Below are positions 1 to 9,470 of a DNA stretch of 64,000 nt, piece after piece. The number at the start of each line of letters is the position of its first letter. Positions within the stretch are counted from its first letter, which is position 1. The DNA lies in the NCBI RefSeq assembly GCF_000315625.1, contig NW_005434673.1:396270-460269 (forward strand). Reading direction: 5' to 3'. This stretch comes from Guillardia theta CCMP2712. Lineage: Eukaryota; Protista; Cryptophyta. The notes under the pieces were generated by a model, which saw nothing but the letters and a program-made list of their open reading frames with translations, was not told the origin of the DNA and did no database searches. A program made the translations under genes and the position numbers.

Positions 1-996
1 GCAGGTGCCATGGCCTGAGCAACCATTGAAGCAACTCTCTTTGGAAGCATTCTTCCCGAAGAATTTGATGTCTTTCACGTAGACTTTCGTCCAGACGCTG
101 CTCGGATCGGTCTCGAACCTTACGGACGCAAACCGGGCCGTCACGTTCGGAACGAAGTCTGAGGTGTATCCTTTGATCACGTTGTCAACAATGTTCTGGA
201 CAAACCAAAAATTATTTCCGTCTGTGCTGAAGCTCAAGTTTGCACGAGTGGAACCAGAGAAATCTGCCTGCAGAGAGCTTATCAAGAAATAATCCCCAAG
301 GTCCATCGTGACTTGTTCGAAACAATCGATCCTCTGGGCAGCGATCTCAGTGACTACGATAGTGATACAGTCGCCGACTCCAGCATAACAGTATCCCAGC
401 ATTCGTCCGTCTCTGCTTGCAACATTGATATGGATGGATCTTATTGGTTTGTTGGGGAGATTGTAGATCATTATCTCGTTATAGCTGTCAGAGGGCTGCA
501 GGGTTCTCAACAAGACTTTCTCCTGGTCTTCTGTGAAAACATATAGTTTTGTATCGACTGCCCAAATACCGCGAATATACACTGAAACCAACCTCTCTGG
601 CCCTGTCGAAAGCGGGAAAATCGCCCAAGACATCCCCGCAGCATGGTTGGCTTCAATGGTAGCCCCTGTATATTGACTGTTGTCGGTAGCTTTTTGCAGT
701 TCAGATCTTTGACAATCACAACTTCCACTACATAAACCATCCGCACAAGCGTTAAAAAGTGCATTAAACACTGAATTCATGCGCCAACTTCCCGATCTAC
801 AAGGGTTCGCCACCCAGTTTGTGTTCCAGTCTCCATCTGCAGCTGCCTGTATCGCCCCTCCTTCACCTGCTGTCGGCCATGGCTGTACAGAGTGCACGGG
901 CAAATAGGAGGATTGCGAGCTGATGGGAACACAATACGATGAGAGCAAGACCCAGGTTAATGCGATGAAATCCAGGAAGCTTCGATGCGACTTCAT
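1..996 (-). CDS. Secreted discoidin (F5/8 type C)-like plus EGF-like domain protein, 5' part; runs off the window
   Basis: My manual translation gives an open frame from ATG 996 to base 1; it is absent from the ORF track because there is no stop in the window. Sequence: MKSHRSFLDFIALTWVLLSSYCVPISS (signal-like), AADGDWNTNW, QVTMDLGDYFLISSL...FSTDGNNF...VTARFASVRF...VKDIKFFG (discoidin motifs), then CFNGCSGHGTC (EGF start). Confidence 0.75.
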   Translation of the reverse strand, partial: MKSHRSFLDFIALTWVLLSSYCVPISSQSSYLPVHSVQPWPTAGEGGAIQAAADGDWNTNWVANPCRSGSWRMNSVFNALFNACADGLCSGSCDCQRSELQKATDNSQYTGATIEANHAAGMSWAIFPLSTGPERLVSVYIRGIWAVDTKLYVFTEDQEKVLLRTLQPSDSYNEIMIYNLPNKPIRSIHINVASRDGRMLGYCYAGVGDCITIVVTEIAAQRIDCFEQVTMDLGDYFLISSLQADFSGSTRANLSFSTDGNNFWFVQNIVDNVIKGYTSDFVPNVTARFASVRFETDPSSVWTKVYVKDIKFFGKNASKESCFNGCSGHGTC

Positions 997-1389
997 CGCG
1001 AGACTACTCGGTTTCCGAGCGAAGGTGAAAGCCCGGCAAGCAAGCTTGCACAGCTTTACAAGGAAGGGCCTGAAAGAGCAGATAGTGAATACAATCCTCT
1101 TATACATGTACAAAATCGACCATGCTTGAAAAAAGTTTCTTACTCCTTCACTTCTTGCAAAGTTTCATAGAGTCTCGGTCAACATCAAGCTCACTAAACT
1201 TTAATCTCCTTTCCTCAATTACATTTACACAGCCGCTCCATGCTCATCTGACCTGCGCTTCTTACCACTACCTCCTTGTTATTCTGCTATTTTGTCCTTG
1301 TCTCCTTCTCATCCCCCTCCTTCGCCCCCGCCCTCCCCCCCCTTCTCCTCTGCCTCTTCCTTGCTTACCGAAAGTTTCCTGCATGAAGC

Positions 1390-1690
1390 GAACCCTCCCC
1401 CAAGTTTTCAACAACATGGTGGGGGTAGTCACCCCACCTTTATCTGGCTGTTTTTTCGCATTATCACCGGTACTTTGGTCTATGATTGGAGGGGGTATAT
1501 CGAATGCGAAACTCAACTTCACTGGGTAGGTCATTGCAATCTAGGGGTGGGGTAGGGGTGGTCAGTGATACAGGGTCAAACTGATGACGGATGACCACAA
1601 TCATGAGAGTTTTCGTGTAAAGTTGGGGGTCAGGTCTCCCTGGATGATCGTGGGGAAAGGGGGGTAGGGGGGGTGTTCGAAGAGTTTGCT
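1390..1690. promoter_or_regulatory. GGGTRGG/ACCCC-motif cluster between divergent genes
   Basis: Repeated ggggtag, ggggtggggtaggggtgg, caccccacc and ggggggtagggggggtg in non-coding DNA; the same class recurs elsewhere in the window. Confidence 0.4.
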
Positions 1691-2110
1691 TCACTCCTGT
1701 CCGTCCGGTCGGCCCGGCCCGGAATCGTTCGGAATTGCCCCGAGGCCCCGGCCCGGCTGAACTCAAAAAAGTCGAATTATCAGCACAGTACGGTAGAAAT
1801 GATGCATGGCGATGGGGATCTGATCTGCTGCTGCGCCAGCGACATGCGCCCGACCCCCGCCATGGCAGCCCATGATCTCAGCCCTCTCTTGGCAATGCAG
1901 CACGAGATGCTGGGCCGAATCTCATTGTCCTCTTCATGTCCATCCATATCATTTGTCGAGAGATCCAACAAAGTGTTTGAAGGCGATCATAAGCAGGGTA
2001 GTTTCGAAGCCTGTGTCATCGCCCCAGTCTTCTGTCATCAATACCGTCAATCATTCTATAGATCTGGTTGGAATTTCCAGTTTCCTTGACTTGTTTTTGC
2101 AGCAGGAAAG

Positions 2111-5068
2111 ATGGCAGCGCTGGCCTTGATTAAGGTGGTGGTTTGTTGGGGACAAATAGCTGTCTGACGAAGTCCGATTCAGGGTTGCATCGATGTCGCC
2201 ATCAACACGAAGAAGGTCTTCTTACAAACTAGGAGGAGAGTTCAAGATAAGATGATCGGCACTCTCGAAACAGGCGGTGGATTTCTTCAAGACGATGGGC
2301 AAGTCGGAGGAAGAGGCGTTCTACTTCTGGCGGATGCTCGACGCCTTGACGGCTCCGCTCGAGCTGGCCATCGCACTGAGGAGGCGAGTTTGGGAGGAAG
2401 GGGAGGAAGGAGAGGTTGAGAGCTGATGAGGGTGGGGAGAAGTGGGGGGGTGAGCACGTGCTTGTCTGGTTTCAACATCGATTTGTTACCTCCCGTGCAA
2501 TTCAGCTCGCTGTTTCGATTCACAGCGAGCGAACTGCGCCAGCTATTGCATCCCCTGCGCTTATTGGGCAGGGATGGTTTGCCACGAAAGTTCATACTGG
2601 GGACTCTATTGGCACCAGACGAAGGGCAATGGGAAGTAAGAGCTGACGTGGCTCTGATGATCGTGCTCTATCGTCTAACAAGAAATGCTTCAATGGAAGA
2701 GATAGCCTGGTACTTCAACTTGACTGTGTCAAAGTGCTCTGCTGCCTTCGATGCCTTGGTGAGGTATCTCATGACATACCACGAGGAACCTGTGCAAGAG
2801 GTATACTGCATGGCTCGTCGCTTTCAGAGCATTGCCGATTACATGGTCGAACTCGGCTCCCCCTTACGATAACCTCCTGGGCTTCGTCGACACCGCGTAC
2901 ACGANNNNNNNNNNNNNNNNNNNNNNNNNNNNNNNNNNNNNNNNNNNNNNNNNNNNNNNNNNNNNNNNNNNNNNNNNNNNNNNNNNNNNNNNNNNNNNNN
3001 NNNNAGTCGAGATCAGGATTTTTGGCGATACTGTTGAAAGCTGAGTTGAACATCAGGATAATGTCTGATGATTCGTTGCTGACTATCGTTTTCTTTCTTC
3101 TTATCCCAGAGCACTGGGACCGTGTACTTCCCTTCTTTGTCTCCGGCGATCTCGTACAGCTCACGAATGCTCTTCGCGTTGTTGACAGTGTCCGGGATGC
3201 AGTACGTGCACGGAAAAGATCCGTGACCGTTCAAGTTCGAGACTGGAGGATCGGAAGGATCTCTGAACATCCACCCGATATGCTCGTCCTAGTCCTCCAA
3301 ACGTCACCACGAGGAGGATGGAGGGATATAAGGTTGGAGGGGAAAGAAAGGTTCCCCAAACACCTGACGATATTTCTGTGCAGACGCCATTCAACGCTGC
3401 ATGACGTGGATGCTGTTGTAGAATTAGCAAGGTACACCATCGCAAGGTGTGAACTGTTGGTGGACCGCGACGGAGAGGTAGGGAGCTCAATCAAACTCGA
3501 TGAAGACGTTGAACGGGGCTGGTCAGGGTCTTCCCGACGACGATTCGTCGGGGGCATGGAAAGAATGGCTCAACGGCAAGAAGGATGGAGTCTCGAGGTT
3601 TCGTCTCTGTGCAGTGATGTATCATAAACGTGTGGGTTCAGACTGCAGATCATGCGTGAGCTGCTACCAAAACTGCAGATGACTCACCAGGCTCTGACCC
3701 TGGCGCTCACTTCGATAAGAATCAAGGTTGTTTGCAGGCCTTGTAAGTGACTGCTGTCCACTGACTGTTTCGTATCTTCAGCATGATAGCGATACTTTGA
3801 AGATCCGGTGATGGGAAATCGCAAAACAGCTCACACGAGTGTGACAAGCTTTCAGCTCCCCCTTCTCGTTCATTCCTCATGCAACCGATGTAGCTGTGGA
3901 GGTTTACCATGACTTTGAATTCGGCAGGGTAAGGGGATTGAGATCAGGGTATAAATGACATTGACTCTACTGGTGGTCAGGTTGAAAGCCACATCATGAT
4001 CGCAATGGGGGAGATCTACAAGTCAACACAAACACCAGCCGCTGCCAGAGGTTCACCCTTTTGAATTGAAACTTCACTGGTGAGATTAGGGACAGGCTCG
4101 AAATCAGCAGCAAGACTCTGGTGCCTTCTCGGAACACACGCGGTCAATCTGCATAGAAGAGAGAATGAGAAAACAAACGCTAGCGGGTCCGTTACCTTGA
4201 GTCCTTTCCAGCAATAAGAACTCCGCAGGTACTACCTGAAATTTCAGCAAATGAAATTCGCGAGCGATCTCGACTCGAGCAAACTGGACGATAGCGGAGT
4301 GAGCGAAGGGGAACCCACGGCGCACGGGTGCAACTTGGATGTGGAAGGTCCAGTTTCGAGGAGCTGAACGATGATGGCAGGGATCTCTCTTTGAGCGAGG
4401 ACCTTTCCTTCGCGCGCAAGTGGATGGATGAGGTTGTGGTGAGTGCGTTGAGCTCATGGACTGATGGGACCGACTTGAAGATCCCTGAGCTCGAGGTCGA
4501 CGAGAGCGACAAGAATCGCCTGGTGAGGACGTAGCTGCTGCCGCCGGCCCTTGCTGACCCTTTGCAGGTCTACAAGCTCGGCCAGGAGTACCTGATCGCG
4601 TTCGAGAGCACTGCCAACATCTCCGCGGAGACGTTCGAAGGTTCCTTGCTTCCGCTCCGATCGCCTTGTAACTTCGTGCCATCAGCTATCATCTGCATCG
4701 GGAAATGCCTGCAGCCCTCCAGCAGGTCCGAGTTCTCTACCGCTGTCTGTGATGTTGCTGACAAGAGCGCAAAGTCGCAAACCGACATGCATAGCCGACC
4801 TGTCGCTGGACGTGCGGCCCCTCCCCCGCTCACCCAAGAGTGTTGACTCGATGGCTGCAGGACAGGAGATGGTGGAAGGCGCAGCTGGAGAAGCAGCTGG
4901 GGCCTTTCTATGAGCAGGAGAGTCACGAGGATGTCAACAGCATAATCAGGTGGGCGTCAGTTGTAACATTTGAAGTGTTGAACAAAGTTTGCACAGTCCC
5001 ATCAGGGAACAGCTGAGAAAAACGACATTAAACGATTGAGACTTAGAGAGCAGCTGGAAGTCACGTAG
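2111..5068 (+). CDS. Multi-exon hypothetical protein spanning the first assembly gap
   Basis: Splice-bounded exon-like segments: MAALALIK|, AVDFFKTMGKSEEEAFYFWRMLDALTAPLELAIALRR|, GLPDDDSSGAWKEWLNGKK, IMRELLPKLQMTHQALTLALTSIRIK, YYLKFQQMKF, VYKLGQEYLIAFESTANISAETFE. Joining them across the gap is inferred. Confidence 0.45.
2451..2904 (+). repeat. Partial second copy of the Harbinger-like gene (matches 13822-14274) ending at the N gap
   Basis: Matches 13822 onward except for one extra C in a C run near 2860, which frameshifts LGSPYDN to LGSPLR*. Confidence 0.9.
2905..3004. other. Assembly gap (100 N)
   Basis: Run of N. Confidence 1.
3005..3288 (-). pseudogene. Isolated exon of a glutathionyl-hydroquinone reductase (GHR/ECM4/YqjG-type GST), frameshifted and probably misplaced by assembly
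   Basis: DEHIGWMFRD...PDTVNNAKSIRELYEIAGDKEGKYTVPVLWDKKK/KTIVSNESSDIILMFNSAFNSIAKNPDLD matches GHR consensus motifs. There is a +1 base in an A-rich run near 3095 and no upstream CPW exon is visible. Confidence 0.7.
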
Positions 5069-5184
5069 AAGAGTCGAGCGGGGGGTTGTGGTTGAGGTAG
5101 GGGACAAACTTGTCAGACTGGCCAAGGTTTTGTGATGCAGGACGTATCAGTGTGGCACTAACCACGATTTAGAATTCTCTTCTT

Positions 5185-8100
5185 TCAGTTTGGAATCACA
5201 AAGTTGCAAATCTTGCCAGGGACGAAAATCTTCTTCTTGATTTCCTTACCCTAGTGAAGAAATTTCAAACCCAATGAACGAGCAGGGAATTCTCACCTCA
5301 ATCCACTTCTGGACATTCTCGTTCTGCTCAATAAGGGCGATGGCAGCAGCTTGGTCGGCATCAGCTGGGACCTGGACGGCAAGGTCTTGTCAGCTGAGGA
5401 TGGTCAGGCGGCTAGCTAGCAAGTGACTGACCTCGACGGTTCCCTTCAGCTTCCCGTTGATCTGTAGATTTCATGAGGAGGGAAGCAGGAAGGCAAGCAA
5501 GGAGGGACAAGAGGGGCAGGGGAGGGGAGGAGGGACGAGAGGAGCAGGAGAGGGAAGGAGAAGGAGGGAGGGGAGGGGCCCACCTGCACGGCGATATTTA
5601 AAGCATCCTCGACCAAATACTTCTCATTGAACTCAGGCCAAGGGCTAAAAAGTAGCAGTGAGTTGGCAGGAAGAGTAGAGCGATGAGGTTTGCAGTAAGA
5701 CGAGCTGCAGCTGCAGCAGTAGCAGAAGGAGGCCTTGTCATACCTGTTAGACACTGAGGGTTTCTGGCCCAACCTCTCCCAAAGCTCTTCAGCGATGTGA
5801 GGAGCGTAGGGATTGAGCAGTTGGACGAAGGGGATCGCGATGCTCCTGGGGATCGACTTCCTGCCATCATCTCATCAACTCCCTCCTCCCTCCTCCCTCC
5901 TCCTCCTCCTCCTCCCTCCTCGCACCACTTGTAAGCCGCGTTGACAAACTCCATCATGGCAGCGATCGCCGTGTTGAAGCTAAGCTTCTCTGTGTCCTGA
6001 GTGACGCGCTTGATGGTGGTGTGGAGCACCTGGGAGGACGAGGGTGAGTCTGCCTCCCCGCTTGCTCAAGGAGTCACCTTGAGATGCTCCTTCCCAGGCT
6101 CCTCGTCAGTCAGCGGAATGTTGTCCTCCGTGATGAGCCTCCAGGCACGGTTGAGGAAGCGGTACACGCCCTCCACCCCGTTGGTGTTCCAGGGCTTCAC
6201 CTGCTCCAGCGGGCCCATGAACATGAGGTAGAGACGGAGGGAGTCTGCTCCGACGTTGGAGATGACGTCATCAGGGTTGACCACGTTGCCCCTGCTCTTG
6301 GACATCTTGACAGCCCGGCTGAGGACGCGGATCTCGGGCTGGTCCTTGAGGACAAAAGATTCTCCCTTCTTGATCAGCTGGCTCTCGTCGACACTGCGAG
6401 CCTCCATCTTCGCTCGTGTCTTCTTGTGCTCAGGCCCCTGCTCCCCATCCTCGTTCACTTCCTTAGCAGAGACAGCCTTGTCCGTCCCTGCCTCGTAGAA
6501 CACCGTGTGCTCGATGGGGCCGAGGATCAGCCCCTGGTTCACCAGTCGCTGGAAGGGCTCCTTAGTGTGTACGACCCCGCAGTCGTAGAGGACCTTGTGC
6601 CAGAACCTGGCGTACAGCAGATGAAGCACGGCATGCTCGGCCCCTCCGAGGTACAGGTCAACAGGCATCCAGTACTTCTCCAAGGCCGGGTCGATGGGAG
6701 CACCAGGGTTCTCAGGATCGAGGAAGCGGAGGTAGTACCAGCAGGAGCCGGCCCACTGCGGCATCGTATTGGTCTCCCTCCGCACCTTCCTCCCGTCCGG
6801 CAACTGGTAGTTCACCCAGCTGTCGATGGTGGACAGAGGTCCCTCCGTGGTACCGCTGGGTTGGTAGGACTCGACGTCAGGGAGAGTGACCGGGAGCTCC
6901 GACTCGGGGAGGGGATGGGGGGCGCCGTCCTCGGTAAAGACGATGGGAAAGGGCTCCCCCCAGTACCTCTGACGAGAGAAGAGCCAGTCTCGCAGCTTGT
7001 AGTTCACCTTCCCCTGGCCTAGAGACTTCTGCTCCAGGTAGGCGATCGTCTTCGCCTTTGCCTCATCCACCTTGAGGCCGTTGATGTCCAGCTCAGCGCT
7101 AGCTGAGTTGATCAGCACGCCGTCATCCGTGTACGCTTTGGCCTGCACGTCCTCACCACCCTGGACCACCTCCTTGATGGGAAGGCCGAACTTGGTAGCG
7201 AACTCGTGATCGCGTTCATCGTGCGCTGGAACCGCCATGATCGCTCCTGTTCCGTAAGAGCCCAGGACGTAGTCTGCGACCCAGATCGGGACCTCCTCCT
7301 TGGTCAGCGGGTTGATTGCGTACCCCCCGGTGAAAAGTCCAGTCTTGTCTTTCTGCAGCTCTGTCCTCTCCAGGTCGCTCTTCTGCGAGGCCTTCAGCAC
7401 GTACTCCTTTACGGCGTCTCGTTGCTCTGGGGAAGTGACCTTGTCCAGGAGCGGGTGCTCCGGAGCCAGCACGAGGTACGTTGCTCCGAACAGAGTGTCC
7501 GGCCTAGTCGTGAAGACGACAACCTCCTCTGCCCCGTTGCTCTTCTGAGCCCTTGGATCAGAGCTGTAGCGCGGGGACTTCTTCGCTGGCTTCACCAGAA
7601 CTTTCCTCCCTCCCATCTCATACTCCCCGCAAGCCTTCTGCGCATCTTCCTCGTTCATGAACTCGACGAACCCGTACCCCTTGGACCTCTGGGTGTCCCT
7701 GTCGCGCAAGACTCTCGCCGACTTGATGGGACCAACCTTGCCCAGCTCCCTCTCAAGATCCTCCTCAGAGTAAGCCCAAGGGATGCCACCGACGAAGACT
7801 TTCTGATGCTCCACCTCCTCAGTCCCTCCTGTAGCAGCCCCGGACGACTTGACCTTGAAGGAGACCTCGGCTCCTTGGCTCTTCCCGATCCAGTTCCTCT
7901 GCATCTCCTTGACTGACTCTGGCCAATCAAGCTCTTCGAGGTCTTCGAGGAGCCTGTCGGCATAGGCAGTGATCTTCAACATCCACTGCTTGAGGTTCTT
8001 CTTGAACACAGGGTGTCCCCCTCTCTCGCTCTTTCCATCGATCACTTCCTCGTTCGCCAGCACGGTCCCGAGAGCAGGGCACCAGTTCACGGGGACTTCT

Positions 8101-8873
8101 GCCTGATACGCAAGTCCCTTCTCATACAGCTTGAGGAAGATCCACTGGGTCCACTTGTAGTACTGCTCGTCCGTGGTAGAGACCTCTCGCTTCCAGTCGT
8201 AGCTGAACCCAAGGCTCTGCAGCTGCTCCCTGAACCTGTCGATGTTCTTCTTGGTAGTGACGCTGGGATGTGTCCCTGTCTGAATGGCGTACTGCTCCGC
8301 AGGCAACCCAAACGCATCCCATCCCATAGGGTGCATGACGTTGTAATCGTTCATCTTCTTGTAGCGAGAGAGGATGTCGGTCGCCGTGTACCCCTCCGGA
8401 TGCCCAACGTGGAGACCCGCGCCAGAAGGGTAGGGGAACATGTCGAGAACGTAGTACTTGGGCTTCGACATGTCGACCTTCTCTGGCGTCCTGAAGGTGT
8501 CTTGCTCCTTCCAGAACCCCTGCCACTTGCGCTCGATCTCTTGGAAGGGGTAAGCGGAGCTCGTGGAACTTTCCTTCTCCGCCATCTCCACGGATCCACC
8601 ACTCATCATGACAGCATGACGCTGATAGATCGGGCTCCTCCTGAGGGGCAAGGCCGTCCTCATCGTTCCCTTGCATGTCCACGACGCTCTCCCAGTTCTT
8701 ACACTATTTCCAGTGTGCAATTGCGACACAAAACCAGGCAGCTTCCTCGGGTGCAGCGCAGACAGACTGTGCATGAGATGGTCCTGCATGGAAGGGGAGG
8801 GCATCTTGAAGCAGCTGGCAAAGCTCAGCCCCACCGCCGACATGACGCAAGGAAGCGCTCCTAACCCCCGCAT
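5185..8873 (-). CDS. leuS: Bacterial-type leucyl-tRNA synthetase, plastid-targeted, with an inserted RRM domain
   Basis: [18 protein letters not shown] (HIGH), [17 protein letters not shown] and [12 protein letters not shown] (CP1), [37 protein letters not shown] 2.8-kb first exon is followed by six short GT-AG introns leading to [23 protein letters not shown] and [13 protein letters not shown]. The N-terminus is signal peptide plus ASC-F plus a Ser/Arg-rich transit-like peptide. Confidence 0.97.
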
Positions 8874-8949
8874 TGGCGGCCGCCAGACACACTACCAAGA
8901 CCACTGGCCTTCCCTCGTCCCCGCTATGACCAGCGCTCTAAGCCTGGCA

Positions 8950-9360
8950 GCTTGCCCGCCCGGGTGACACATCCGATCCGGGCGGCGATCGGATTGATCT
9001 CGTAGCGGCCCTTCAAACTGATTCAAGTCCAACTCGGACCATAGAGTCACTACTGCCACTCAGACCAATGAGAGTCCACAACGCCGAGCAGATCTTCCAT
9101 AACTTACTGTGACGGGAGTTTACTGTAGACTCTGAGTCAAGAATTTCATACTACTGTTGCCCTCTGCTCGTTTCTCGCCTACTGACCCCTCTAAAGGGGT
9201 TCCCAACCTTGGGAGGCCGGCCCTTGTTTCCTAGAGGCCCCGCCGACCTGGTTGCTTCCGTTTTAGATGCCCCGGGGGGGGCCCGGCCCCCGCGCCTGTG
9301 TTGGCCACTCGGAGCCGGGAGCCCGGCCGGGGGCCCTCATCCCCGCGGGCTCCTGGGCCT
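8950..9360. promoter_or_regulatory. CCGG-rich, GATCGGA-containing intergenic patch between divergent genes (putative bidirectional promoter)
   Basis: cccgggggggg, ggcccggcccc, gcccggccggggg, atccgatccgggcggcgatcggat, agagtcac. Confidence 0.4.
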
Positions 9361-9470
9361 CTTCAAACAAGCGGTAGAAGCTGGCGGGAGGACGCCATGG
9401 AGCGGATAAGAGCTAGTAGAGGCTGGTAGAGGGTCTAGAGGGAGAGAGAGGGAGAGGTTCATATATGAGC

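Noticed and set aside
3085-3100. Programmed frameshift in the GHR fragment (similarly the extra C near 2860)
   Set aside because: Single-base insertions in homopolymer-like runs near a gap are better explained as sequencing errors.
2734-3627. 297-aa ORF across the gap
   Set aside because: It reads through N bases and joins unrelated sequences.
6084-8864. Long antisense ORFs (312, 236 and 283 aa) opposite leuS, and similar ones opposite GT13 and GT15
   Set aside because: Shadow ORFs caused by GC-rich codon usage, with no recognisable motifs.
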